Shown: in pieces, positions 26,340-40,748 of the stretch
Layout: each line of letters starts with the position of its first letter
Position numbering within the stretch: the first letter of the stretch is position 1
Origin: Macrostomum lignano
Lineage: Eukaryota
Length of the DNA stretch: 64,000 nucleotides
NCBI GenBank assembly: GCA_002269645.1
Contig: NIVC01000050.1
Location: forward strand, 18,791-82,790
Direction: 5' to 3'
The notes under the pieces: generated by a model
Databases searched by the model: none
What the model was told of the DNA's origin: nothing
The model's input: only the letters and a program-made list of their open reading frames with translations
Position numbers and translations under genes: made by a program

Positions 26340-27295
26340 CCTATCTATCCCATCTATATCCCTATCTATCCCATCTATATCCCTATCTATCCCATCTATA
26401 TCCCTATCTATCCCATCTATATCCCTATCTATCCCATCTATATCCCTATCTATCCCATCTATATCCTTATCTATCCCATCTATATCCCTATCTATCCCAT
26501 CTATATCCCATTTATCCCATCTATATCCCATTTATCCCATCTATATCCCATTTATCACATCTATATCCCATTTATCACATCTATATCCCATTTATCACAT
26601 CTATATCCCATTTATCACATCTATATCCCATTTATCACATATATGTCCCATTTATCACATCTATATCCCATTTATCACATCTATGTCCCATTTATCGCAT
26701 CTATATCCCGTCTATCTTATCAATTTCATCTATCGATCCCAATTTTCCCATCTATCCCATCCATCCTATTTATCTTATGTATCCCATCTATCCCACCTAT
26801 CCAATATATCCTATCTATCCAATCTATCCCATCATCTATCCCATCTATCCCATTTATCCTATTTATCCCATCTATTGCATCTATCCCATCTATCCCGTTT
26901 ATCCGAACTATCCCATCTATTCCATCTATTCCATTTATCTCATCCATCTCATTTATCCCAACTATCCCATCTATTCCATCTATTCCATTTATCCCATTTA
27001 TCCCATTTATCCCATTTATCCTATTTATCCCATTAATCCTAACTATTCTATCTATCCCATCTATCTCATATAACCCATTTATCCCATCTATCCCAATTAT
27101 CCCAACTATCCCATCTATTCCATCTATTCCATTTGTCCCATCTATCCCAATTATCCCAACTATCCCATCTATTCCATCTATTCCATTTATCCCATCTATC
27201 CCATTTATCCCAACTATTCTATCTATCCCACCTACGAAGTACATCTTAATATCCCATCTATCCCATCTATCCCATCTATTGTTTGGGAATTTAAC
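26340..27295. repeat. Low-complexity TATCCCATC/TATCCCATT array
   Basis: Direct reading; 21-bp period at the left end, degenerating to 9-bp units. Confidence 0.93.
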
Positions 27296-27384
27296 AATCA
27301 AAACTGATTATGCAGACAATATTTAAAAAAATCTCCGACTGACTGACAGGGGTTGGTGAGGGCTTCACAAGTCTCAGGACGCGG

Positions 27385-28391
27385 TTATCTACGTCGAAGA
27401 TCCAGCCGAAAGATTCTAAGAAAGGTCTTCTTAAACTGAGCGTTAGCCAAGGCGTAGCAGAACGGATTGATGGGGCTGTTCATGTAGCACAGCCAGTAGC
27501 CCAGGTTGTACAGATGAGGATTGAGGCAGGTGCCTTTGCAGATGCTCCTGATGAGAATGAACACGTGGTAGGGCGTCCAGCAGGCCACGAAGGCGCCGAG
27601 GATCAAACTGATTGTCTTCAATGCCTTCCGGGCTCGATTCTCCGTTCGCGACTGTTTCTTGGCCAGCTTCAGCGTCTTGCTAGCGGCTCGGCTGCCCACC
27701 TGGCGTCGGATGCGACGAGTTGCGTCGCGAAGATACCGCGCGACTTGCGACACCGCGGCCACCCGACGGCTGGCTGAGGTTCGAGCCCGGGGTGCCTCCT
27801 CATCTGTCTGATCCAAGATGGTGAGCTCGCAGCTGTTCCCGCTGGCTGGCAGCTCCACTACCGAAGTCACAATCCGATCGGTCAGGAACGCATCCTCCGT
27901 GGTGGCCGTTGGTGTCGCTGCCGCGGTTGTTTTCGTTGTCTCTGAGTTTCTCCGACAATCGGACGATCGCTGGAAGGACGTTCGACGTTTCCACACCGGC
28001 GAAGAGCCGCCGCGACCGCCCTCCCGTTCACCCGAGTTGAGCTGCTGACGCCACCAACGCTTAGGCAGCAGCTCCACCAGAAGGCGCATCGAGTCGATTG
28101 ATGGATTCGACCGGATGCTGTCCTCGTCGATGTAGCGCAGGCCTTCAAACTGGTCAGACGGGGCGCAGAGCGAGTATGGCGGCGGCTGCTGTTGCTGCTG
28201 CTGTTTCTGCTGTTGTCCGCCCTGACTGTCATCTGGTAGCATCTGGTGCACTGGCACAGCAAAGTGCACGATAGCCAGGCTGCCATTGACGTCTAGGGCC
28301 GGGTTCTCGTAGCTCAGTCCGCTGGCTGTGTGGTAGTCTGAGTCACTGGATGCGTTCATTGGCAACGCCCTGCGCTGTTGTTGTTGTTGCG

Positions 28392-28431
<40 letters not shown>

Positions 28432-29868
28432 TCCATGAAGCTGCTCAGACACCTGCGGTGGAGGCGGCGGAGGCGGAAGCGGCGGCGGCGGTGTCTCCAC
28501 TAGCACCGGGCTCTGGATCGCCGAGAGCGGCGGCGCTGTCCTTCCAGTTTTTGCCTGTTGCTGCTTCTGATAATGATGATGCTGCTGTTGTTGCTGCTTC
28601 TTCTGCTTTCGGTGCTGCTTCTGATTGTTCGAAGCCTGGGCCGCGTCTTGGCCGTTGTCCGAGTCGGAAGGCAGCACAGGGGAGCTCGACCGGTCCTCGT
28701 CGCCCGAACTGTTGACGCCTCGGCCAGCGCCGGCGCCTCGCTGCTGCCGCTGCCTCAGCTGCTGCTGCTGCTGCTGGTGCAGCTTCTTGCGCTCCCGTTT
28801 CGACATCTTCCTGTCGCTGCCGGAGAAGCCCGTAGCGCCGGTCGCTTCATCTTTTCTGCTCGACACTGCCGCCTTCCGATTTGACGGCATCAACGGATCG
28901 TGCGGGCCGCCGTCGTCCCCGACGTCGCCGCCACCGACGCCTGCGTGTCCACCGGTGGCACCGGAGGTTGCTGCCGACTCGGACGCGGCTGGCCGACCCG
29001 CTGCTCCGCCGGCGCCGCCACCGCCGCCTCTGCCGCCGTTGCCTCCAGCGCCGCCGCCTCCAGTGGAGGACAAATTAATCAAATTGTTCACCTTCTGGCG
29101 TTTGGCCTCGGACTTTCTGGCCAGCTGGAGCGCTACGCGGTAGATGCCGATGTACAGCCCGATCATCACGGCCAGGGTCACCCAGAAGTAGCAGATGGTC
29201 AGCACAGTGTTGTACACAGGATCCTCCGAGAACTCGGCGAAGCACTCGTTGTCGTTACGTTGGCTGCTGGCAACGTACGGCCAGGCAAAAATCGGCGGCA
29301 CAAACAGCAGAGCGGGCAGGACCCAAGTGGCCGCCACCATGACTTGCACCTTTCGCTCTGTTCTCCATTTTCTATACTTGGCGGGTATTTTCACCGAGCA
29401 GAATCGGTCAACCGTGATGCAGAACACTGTGTACTGCGAGGTCAGACAGGCAGTGTAGTCCAGAGACAGCCACAGGTCGCAGACAATTCTGCCTAGTGGC
29501 CACTGGCCCAGCAACAGGTACAGAGTGTACAGGTTCATGCTGAACATGCCAATTAATAAGTCTGTAATTGCCAACGACGCAATAAAATAATTTGTTGCGC
29601 TGCGAAGCTGGCGTTCAACAAAGAACGCCGTTACCACTAGAAGGTTTCCAACAACGGTAACGAAACTGGCGATGGAGGCTAGCAGGCCCAGAAGTACCAT
29701 GACAGGTGGAGAATAATCCGGCTCTCTGGCAGCTCCGGGAGAAGCGATAGTCGTGTTGTTTGCCATCGTAGTTGACATTATCGTTGCTGTTGTTGTCATT
29801 GGTGTTGCTGTTGTTGCGGCTTCGCTAAACGCCAAGTCGATGGCTAGTTTAGCTAATTGCGCTGTCAT
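27385..29868 (-). CDS. Muscarinic acetylcholine receptor, B-type / GAR-like (class A GPCR), intronless, 827 aa
   Basis: Seven TMs; GNLLV; LAITD; CDLWLSLDY (Asp3.32); DRFCSVKIPAKYR; CWTPYH; YWLCYMNSPINPFCYA; very long Q/G-rich third intracellular loop. Confidence 0.95.
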
Positions 29869-30014
29869 GTTGGCTGCTGTGCTGTTAGCTTGTTGTTGAA
29901 GTGTCGTTTCGAGTTTTAACTCTGCGGGTTCGCGGAGTTTGAGTTGATTGAAGATGCCTGAGCTTGGGCCTGTGCATCCAGACCTTGATACGAGCTAGGT
30001 CTCACTAATTAGAG

Positions 30015-30762
30015 CAGGAGTTGGTAAACTATTTTTTTTAACTTAAGGGCCAGACGTAGAATCTAGCGTAAGAAGAGAGGAGAAAGGAGAGAAGAGGGGA
30101 GAGCGGAGAGAGGAGGGGAGAAGGAGAGAGGAGGGGAGAAGGAGAGAGGAGGGGAGAAGGAGAGAGGAGGGGAGAAGGAGAGAGGAGGGGAGAGAGGAGA
30201 GTGGAGGGGAGAAGGAGAGAGGAGGGTAGAGAGGAGAGTGGAGAGAGAAGGGGAGAGAGGAGAGAAGGGATAGTAGAAGAGATGTGAGAGGAGGGAGAGA
30301 GGAGAGAGGAGGGAAGAGAAGAGAGAGGAGGGGAGAGGAGGGGAGAGCAGAGAGGAGGGGAGAGAGGAGGGGAGAGGAGAGAGGAGGGGAGAGGAGAGAG
30401 GAGGGGATCGAGAGAGGAGACAGGAGTGTAGAGAGGAGAGTGGGAGAGAAGGGGAGAGAGGAGAGGAGGGGAGAGGAGAGAGGAGGGGAGAGAGGAGGGG
30501 AGAGGAGGGGAGAGAGGAGGGGAGAGAGGAGAGAGGAGGGAGAGAGGAGAGAGGAAGGGAGAGAGGAGAGAGGAAGGGGAGAGAGGAGGGGAGAGAGGAG
30601 GGGAGAGAGGAGGGGAGAGGAGAGAGGAGGGGAGAGGGGAAGCGAGAAAGGAGAGCTGAGAAGAGACACAAACCCTGAGAGGGCCGGATTGCTATTGTGA
30701 ATTTTCAAAGCACCCGAGGGCCGGATAGAGAGGCTTCGTGGGCCGGAGTTGGCCGACCCTTA
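30015..30762. mobile_element. Non-autonomous hAT (Charlie/Buster-like) element containing a GA-rich tract
   Basis: Ends CAGGAGTTGGTAAACT..AAGGGCCAGA and GGGCCGGA..GTTGGCCGACCCTTA resemble MER58-type termini; flanks AATTAGAG / AATTAGAA match 7 of 8 with a central TA. Confidence 0.75.
30070..30660. repeat. Polypurine (GGAGA/GAGGG) tract
   Basis: About 590 bp almost entirely A/G. Confidence 0.95.
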
Positions 30763-31374
30763 AATTAGAAGGACGTTATGCGCTTACAAGATCATTTATT
30801 CTTTACATTAATAGTGTAAATCATAGTGTAGATCATAGTGTAGATCAATATGTAAATTACAAGTAGCCATGAAATTCTGGTGGGGTTAAAGTGCTACTGA
30901 AGTCAGATTGTTAAGTTGCATTCTGATAGCTCATACTGACTATTTTTTATACAATCTTTAGCTACTCAAAAGTCCTACCCTACTCAGCAGTAGCAGTAGT
31001 AGTAAGTATTATATCATCAAATTTTGCAAGCCTAAAAACGGCAAAATTTTCAGCTATAAATAATTCCAGTAGACAGCATCAAGGTCTGCATACGGAAGCC
31101 CCTGATTGATCCCCCCATTTTCCCTCTGAAAAGAGAAAAATGGAAGAGCACTTTGTTTAATTAAAACAGTATTTTTTCGACTGGCATTTACATTCAGTCG
31201 GACAGTCAATGCTCCACATTGAATATTGTGGCGCAGGAATGGCCCAATTCAGTTCGTGCGTCTGCATTCGGAGAGAGATTTACAGCATGCACCGTTGTTT
31301 ATTTTATTGGCGTATTCAGGGCTAGAGGCTTGTGTCTAACGACATGATGGATGCTTACTAATGATGCTTACTGT

Positions 31375-32365
31375 GACATAATCTCAACCAATGTCACACT
31401 CTCTCAATCAATCTCACAGTTAATCCAATCAATCTCACAGTCTCTCAATCAATCTCACAGTCTCAATCAATCTCAAAGTCTCTCAACCAATGTCACACTC
31501 TCTCAATCAATCTCACAGTTAATCCAATCAATCTCACAGCCTATCCGATCAGTCTCACAGTCTCTCCGATCAATCTCACAGTCTCTCTGATTAACCCCAC
31601 TGTATCCCAATCATCTCACACCCATATGCGATCAATTTCGCACACTCACACTTCTGTGTGAGTGTGTGCCTGTGCGTATGACTGCGTACATATCCGCGCG
31701 CTTGTGTGTCTGCTTAGGGGAGTCGGCGGAATGGGCAGCAATAAATCTCGAAGTTTGTGTGACAATGTCGCCTATAGTGCTGGTTGCCTTTAACTAAACT
31801 AGCATTCCAACACACTTTTAAGCTTGTGAACAATAGGGCAACAAGTACTTTAAAACAATTAATTTTTTGAAAACGAAAAAGATTATTTGATAATCAGTTA
31901 GCTATATTATAGATTTTGTTTTATCTGATTCTGCGCAAACAAGCTTGTACACCTGTGCTCTTGCAGTTAGCTGTCCCTGATCCCACTCCCCCCATAGATC
32001 AATCTCACAGTCTCCCAATCAATCTCACAGTCTCTCAATCAATCTCACAGTCTATCCAATCAATCTCACAGTCTCTCAATCAATCTCATAGTCTCTCAAC
32101 CAATGTCACACTCTCTCAATCAATCTCACAGTTAATCCAATCAATCTCACAGTCTCAATCAATCTCAAAGTCTCTCAACCAATGTCACACTCTCTCAATC
32201 AATCTCACAGTTAATCCAATCAATCTCACAGCCTATCCGATCAGTCTCACAGTCTCTCCGATCAATCTCACAGTCTCTCTGATTAACCTCACTGTATCCC
32301 AATCATCTCACACCCATATGCGATCAATTTCACTATCTATCCAATCAATCTCACAGTCTGTTTAG
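31375..32365 (+). repeat. Two blocks of a 20-bp minisatellite (CAATCAATCTCACAGTCTCT) flanking a unique 350-bp segment
   Basis: Blocks at 31375-31625 and 31998-32365. Confidence 0.92.
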
Positions 32366-33139
32366 TCAATCTCATTGTCTTAATCTCATAGAGTTTTAGC
32401 GAATCCTCGCTAATTAAGTGTTAATTCCATAAAGGAATGTTTTCTCTTCAGCCAGAAATTTTTTTCGAGAGAGGCCAGCCAAGCAAGTCATAAAAGCTTA
32501 TAAAATATGCAAAACTAACTATGATAACAACCTTCAACCATCTGTAAGAGACTGAACAGGTCATATTCGAAAGGTAATTAGAAAAACAAAGAATGCATAG
32601 CAGCCGCTGCACCAACAGGTGTGTTCAAAGGCATATAAGGCATAAAAGACAACTATGGCAGTCATTCGCCCTTTTGGAAAGGTTGTTTTTAACCCTCTGA
32701 AGAGAGGTCATTACTTCATTTTCCTATCTTCCAAACTTTTCCCCTCTTGATTCACTTTCTCCCCTTGTACATCTCTCAGATCAGATTAAAGGCAGTCTGT
32801 GTATTTTTAGGCTCTTATCTTGAAGCTTTATTGTAGTTATGAATTATTATAGAAGTTCTGGATAAAACGGTCAAGTCGAATATATAATTATTGATAAAGA
32901 CCTCATGGCTTGCCACTTTTAATCATTGTAAACCATTTATGCCCGCTTTGTAAATAAATACTATAGCATTAGTAAAGGTGAATTAGTTAATGAGGAGAAC
33001 TAATGGGAACCCATAAAATAGTGATCTAATTGAGTGGAAATACCGTGAACAAGAAAATTATTGTGAATAGTGAACGCGCCTGAGTATGAATGACGTGAAC
33101 GTTTGATTATGGAAATTGTGTAAATGTGTGAATGGGAGA

Positions 33140-33710
33140 TAGTGTGAATCAGTGACACTGTGAAACACAGGGAATAATATGAATCAGTGACACTGTGAAA
33201 CACAGGGGGATAGTGTGAATCAGTGACACTGTGAAACACAGGGGGATAGTGTGAATCAGTGACACTGTGAAACACAGGGGGATAGTGTGAATCAGTGACA
33301 CTGTGAAACACAGGGGGATAGTGTGAATCAGTGACACTGTGAAACACAGGGGGATAGTGTGAATCAGTGACACTGTGAAACACAGGGGGATAGTGTGAAT
33401 CAGTGACACTGTGAAACACAGGGGGATAGTGTGAATCAGTGACACTGTGAAACACAGGGGGATAGTGTGAATCAGTGACACTGTGAAACACAGGGGGATA
33501 GTGTGAATCAGTGACACTGTGAAACACAGGGGGATAGTGTGAATCAGTGACACTGTGAAACACAGGGGGATAGTGTGAATCAGTGACACTGTGAAACACA
33601 GGGGATAGTGTGAATCAGTGACACTGTGAAACACAGGGGGATAGTGTGAATCAGTGACACTGTGAAACACAGGGGGATAGTGTGAATCAGTGACACTGTG
33701 AAACACAGGG
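33140..33710. repeat. 36-bp minisatellite (GGATAGTGTGAATCAGTGACACTGTGAAACACAGGG)
   Basis: About 15 near-identical copies. Confidence 0.97.
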
Positions 33711-34384
33711 AATAGCGTGAATGGAGTGAAGTATGTGAAACAGAGAAGAACGTTTCATTGCATGTGTGGAGCTATATTTAGTGTGACACAGCACACTGCA
33801 GCTCAGAGACAAGGGCGCCACAAGCCAACCAAAACCAAATTTAGCGGTTTCATTTGAAAACAAAATTATGAGATTTCATAACGCTGAGTGCATCTATACA
33901 AAACATTTTCAATTCATTCTTCTGGTTTCAGAAAAAGTGAATTAATCCTTTTAGTTGAAGCAATTTAATATTGGCCATAATTTCATCAGCGAAATTGACA
34001 GACAGACAGACAGACAGACAGACAGAGACTGGTTGACAGAACTTTCCAATTTAAAATAATAATTAATCGCCTAACCGAATTCAGCTGTCAAAGAGTTCAA
34101 CACGAGTCGCCCTCCTCAATTTCGAAAGAGCTGACTCAAAGAGTTTTAATTAGCATTTTTTTCAAGTGGCTTTCGTATCACCTGCTGGTAGAGAGGGAAA
34201 TGAAGAGATGTTTCAAGCCAATGGTCGAGTTGCTAAGGCTTCGGTTGAGCTAATTAGGGAGGTCGGCCAGGAGGACTCAGAATTTTTGCGGCTGCCTTTG
34301 CTGTCATGTCATCAGCGGCTTGGATTAAAAAGGTTATTTTCTGCTGCTATTGATGAGACTTATAGCCTCCATTTCACTCTGGTT

Positions 34385-34700
34385 GGAGGTGAGATTTTGA
34401 GATTTTGAGATTTTGAAGCCTCAATCTCACTCTGGTCAGGTGAGATTTTGAGGTTTTGAAGCCTCCATCTCACTCTGGTCAGGTGAGATTTTGAGGTTTT
34501 GAAGCCTCCATCTCCCTCTGGTCAGGTGAGATTTTGAGATTTTGAGGTTTTGAAGCCTCCATCTCCCTCTGGTCAGAGGTGAGATTTTGAGATTTTGAAG
34601 CCCCCATCTCCCTCTGGTCAGGTGAGATTTTGAGATTTTGAAGCCTCCATCTCCCTCTGGTCAGGTGAGATTATGAGATTTTAAGATTTTTAAGCCTCTA
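34385..34700. repeat. ~38-bp minisatellite (GAGATTTTGAAGCCTCCATCTCCCTCTGGTCAGGT)
   Basis: About 7 copies with variable GAGATTTT sub-repeats. Confidence 0.9.
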
Positions 34701-34707
34701 TGGACTT

Positions 34708-35156
34708 ACACTTCTGTGTGAGTGTGTGCCTGTGCGTATGACTGCGTACATATCCGCGCGCTTGTGTGTCTGCTTAGGGGAGTCGGCGGAATGGGCAGCA
34801 ATAAATCTCGAAGTTTGTGTGACAATGTCGCCTATAGTGCTGGTTGCCTTTAACTAAACTAGCATTCCAACACACTTTTAAGCTTGTGAACAATAGGGCA
34901 ACAAGTACTTTAAAACAATTAATTTTTTGAAAACGAAAAAGATTATTTGATAATCAGTTAGCTATATTATAGATTTTGTTTTATCTGATTCTGCGCAAAC
35001 AAGCTTGTACACCTGTGCTCTTGCAGTTAGCTGTCCCTGATCCCACTCCCCCCATACATCAATCTCACAGTCTCCCAATCAATCTCACAGTCTCTCAATC
35101 AATCTCACAGTCTATCCAATCAATCTCACAGTCTCTCAATCAATCTCATAGTCTCT
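34708..35156 (+). repeat. 449-bp direct duplication of 31648-32096
   Basis: Exact offset of 3060; one substitution noticed (TAGATC versus TACATC). Confidence 0.95.
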
Positions 35157-36060
35157 AGATTGATTGGGAGACTGTGAGATTGATTGGATAGACTGTGAGA
35201 TTGATTGGATAGACTGTGAGATTGATTGAGAGACTGTGAGATTGAGCAGAGAGACTGTGAGATTGAGCAGAGAGACTGTGAGATTGAGCAGAGAGACTGT
35301 GAGATTGAGCAGAGAGACTGTGAGATTGATTGGATAGACTGTGAGATTGATTGGATAGACTGTGAGATTGATTGGATAGACTGTGAGATTGATTGGATAG
35401 ACTGTGAGATTGATTAGATAGACTGTGAGATTGATTGGATAGACTGTGAGATTGATTGAGAGACTGTGAGATTGAGCAGAGAGACTGTGAGATTGAGCAG
35501 AGAGACTGTGAGATTGAGCAGAGAGACTGTGAGATTGATTGAGAGACTGTGAGATTGAGCAGAGAGACTGTGAGATTGAGCAGAGAGACTGTGAGATTGA
35601 GCAGAGAGACTGTGAGATTGAGCAGAGAGACTGTGAGATTGAGCAGAGAGACTGTGATATTGAGCAGAGAGACTGTGAGATTGAGCAGAGAGACTGTGAG
35701 ATTGAGCAGAGAGACTGTGAGATTGAGCAGAGAGACTGTGAGATTGAGCAGAGAGACTGTGAGATTGATCGGAGAGACTGTGAGATTGATTGGAGAGACT
35801 GTGAGATTGATCGGAGAGACTGTGAGATTGATCGGAGAGACTGTGAGATTGATCGGAGAGACTGTGAGATTGATCGGAGAGACTGTGATGTTAATCGGAG
35901 AGACTGTGAGATTGATTTGATAGACGGTGAGATTGATCGGAGAGACTGTGGGATTGATTGGGGAGACTGTGAGATTGATCGGAGAGACTGTGAGATTGAT
36001 CGGAGAGACTGTGAGGTTAATCGGAGAGACTGTGAGATTGATTTGATAGACGGTGAGATG
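35157..36060 (-). repeat. 20-bp minisatellite in inverted orientation
   Basis: Reverse complement of the 31375/31998/35058 family; orientation flips at 35156/35157. Confidence 0.95.
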
Positions 36061-36479
36061 GTGTAACAGGTGCACATTGTAAGATAGTGAAGAGCAAATC
36101 GCAAAATACGCTCGTAAGAGTAAATCACAATCTATTCACAGTTAATTGCGCCATTTTTGTAGCGTCTTAGTAGCAAAGAATTGAATAGAAATTTCGCAAC
36201 AAGTTTTTTTCGATCAATTAATAGAATGTAGCAGTTAATTTTAATTTCAAGAAAAGCCAACAATTTCAATTGACTGTATCTCGAATACATGCTAACCGAT
36301 TTCTTCAGTGAAAGAAATTTGATTTCCCTGATTGCGCAGCATCACCTTTTAAGACAGATTAAAGGAATTTGAAAATTGTGAAGAAATTTATTAGTTGCAA
36401 AGCCATAATTAAGTTTATTATGGTCTTTACTTGAGGTTTGGATGCTGAGATCTGTGCTTTGATGCAAGATAAGGAAAAG

Positions 36480-37062
36480 AGACAACCAGGGACAAGAGAT
36501 AAGAGACAACCAGAGACAACAAGAGGCAACCAGAGACAACCAGAGACAACCAGAGACAACCAGAGACTACAAGAGGCAACCAGAGACAACCAGTGACAAC
36601 TTGAGACAACCAGAGTCAAGAGACAACCAGAGACAACCAGAGACAACCAGAGGCAACCAGAGACAACCAGAGGCAACCAGAGACAACCAGAGACAACCAG
36701 AGACAACCAGAGACAACCAGAGACAACCAGAGACAACCAGAGACAACCAGAGGCAATCAGAGACAACCAGAAGCAACAAGAACAAGAGACAACCAGAGAC
36801 AACCAGAGGCAACCAGAGGCAACCAGAGACAACCAGAGGCAACCAGAGACAACCAGAGACAACCAGAGACAACCAGAGACAACCAGAGACAACCAGAGGC
36901 AACCAGAGACAACCAGAGACAACCAGAGACAACCAGAGACAACCAGAGACAACCAGAGGCAATCAGAGACAACCAGAAGCAACAAGAACAAGAGACAACC
37001 AGAGACAACCAGAGGCAATCAGAGACAACCAGAAGCAACAAGAACAAGAGACAACCAGAGAC
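36480..37062. repeat. 10-bp minisatellite (AGAGACAACC)
   Basis: Direct reading. Confidence 0.95.
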
Positions 37063-37548
37063 AAGAGGCCACCAAAAATGGACTGCACAATCGAGCAGAA
37101 CGCGGTCTTATCAGGTGAACTACCAGAAGAAGGCTGCTTCATACACAGAGGCATTGCTAAATACGGCCAAAAGAGAGAAGTTCGAACTTACTGACCAAAC
37201 AAAAAGAATGAAAAATGAACCAGAATTGATAAAAGTAGACATAATGGTTGGAGCAGCCACGCCGCTACGAACTCGAGAGAAAAGTTGCCGTCATTTTACA
37301 TTGCCTGCTTGGCGCCAGACACCTGGAGTGCGCCCACTTCCCGACTTCGAGTGCCGCCCCCCCCCCCCCCCGGTCGTTGCGCTGTCGAATTTTCGCTAAA
37401 AAAAGGCTTGGAAGATTCGAAGTAACGAGACTTGGGAGGGGAAGAGAAAGAGACGCAACGAGGCGGGCGAAACAGTTTGGCCCCATCATTTATCGCGCAT
37501 GCAGGTTCAAGGTCGAATTATCTCTCTTGGGAAGCTGCGGCGGCAGCT

Positions 37549-38947
<1,399 letters not shown>

Positions 38948-40199
38948 GCATGCATGCTGCAGCTCCTCATACTGCCAAGGAATCAAATGCTTGATGCCAT
39001 GCTTAAAAACCGTCAAGAACAGCTTTTCGACGGCAGGCAGCTTTCCAAACCAGGCATCTTGGTGCGGTGTGGGGGTGGCCTTCCATCTCCCGACCAGGCG
39101 GGTGGGGGCTTGTCTTATTCCCCTCTCCATCAAGATACCAAACTGCGGTGGGCTGCATCCACGCAGACGAGGGATATCAGCATGTGTGCCCGCGTACGGA
39201 TATGTTTGTGTGCGCATCACCCAGCGTTCCATTTCTCTCCTCTCCTCCCTCCCTGTTTTGCATTCTCGCAGCGCGTTGGACCGATCCAGTTTTATCCAAA
39301 AATCGCCAATGCCCGTGCTTGAATAAATTGCAATTCTATCTCGGGGGCGGCGGCTTAGGCAGCCTCTGTCCCTCTCCAGCTTCCCCTCCCCATCATCAGC
39401 ATCATCTGAGAAGTTGCCGCTCGACTTTGACTTGCCTAGCCTATATAGCCTCGCGTTGGTTATTTTTTTATTGTAAATTCGACAAGCCAAAGGCGGAGAT
39501 GATCGCGGGACAGGAGGGGAGGCCCTGGGATAAGAGGAGGCTGAGATGCTCGATGGATAGAACGAGAGCGGGCTGGGATTAGGGATCTAGATGCGTGTGA
39601 TGGGGTGTCCGAGAGGAGCCTGCATCAGACTCCCATCTCCCTCTCACTCTCGCTCGCATCGCTCTCAGCAGCTCCTTGGGGCCATTACGGGATGAGGGCA
39701 GTTGAGTTCTGCACCGACTACGCTGTGGCGGCAGCAGCGGTGGCCACTTTTATCCCAGCGGCCGACCCACGAGGCCCCCGGGGCCACTTTGCTGCTTCCA
39801 GCGTCCTCCTGCCCCATCTCCACTCCCCTTAATTCTAGCTCAGCCTCCGTGGCTCTCTCCCTCCCTCTATCAGCTCTTCTCTTCTCTAGGGTGCTCATTT
39901 ATTTAACGTCAAAATTGCCTTTACTCTACACCATCCCATCTCTCAGGGCTCATCTCATAGCGCCCAGTTCTTTTGAGGCTACTCCTCCTCCTCCATCTCT
40001 CTCCATCGCTGCGGACTTCTCACTTTTTGGACTCAACTCTTTTTCTAACGTGGGTGGTTTCAGTGCCTATCAGTTCGACTCGGCTGACTTTGTTATAGTT
40101 TGTCCTATGCATGCAGTTTGCGGGGAGACCGCCGACTAGAGCTGGGTCTGGATTCATGCACTCGGCGGGGATCGGCTGGGCGCGCCAAACATGGAATTC

Positions 40200-40627
40200 G
40201 GGGGCGCCAAACTGGGAATTCGGGGGGCGCCAAACTGTGAATTGAGGGGGCGCCAAACTGTGAATTGAGAAGGCGCCAAACTTCGAATTAAGGGGGCGCC
40301 AAACTGTGTATTGAGGGGGCGCCAAACTGTGAATTGAGGGGGCGCCAAACTGGGGATTGAGGGGGCGCCAAACTGTGAATTGAGGGGGCGCCAAACTGGG
40401 AATTGAGGGGGCGCCAAACTGGGAATTGAGGGGGCGCCAAACTTCGAATTGAGGGGGCGCCAAACTGGGAATCGGGGGGCGACAAACTGGGAATTCGGGG
40501 GTGGGCGCCAAACTGAGATCTGGTGAGGGCGCCAAACTGGGAACTGAGGGGGCGCCAAACTGGGAATTGTGGGGGCGCCAAACTTCGAATTGAGGGGGCG
40601 CCAAACTGGGAATCGGGTGGGGGCGCT
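40200..40627. repeat. ~22-bp minisatellite (GGGGCGCCAAACTGGGAATTGA)
   Basis: About 19 copies. Confidence 0.94.
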
Positions 40628-40664
40628 TATTTAAGCAACTCAACTCAAGCTTAGTATATAAGTA

Positions 40665-40748
40665 ACTCTGAGTAACTCAGTCGCCAACTCTGAGTAACTC
40701 AGGCGCCAATTCTGAGTAACTCAGGTGCCAATTCTGAGTAACTGAGTC
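40665..40748. repeat. Four 22-bp units, each with an internal palindrome CTGAG-TAA-CTCAG
   Basis: Direct reading; the last unit is degenerate. Confidence 0.85.

Noticed and set aside
27514-29496. ORFs overlapping the muscarinic receptor on either strand
   Set aside because: Shadow frames of GC- and CAG-rich coding DNA
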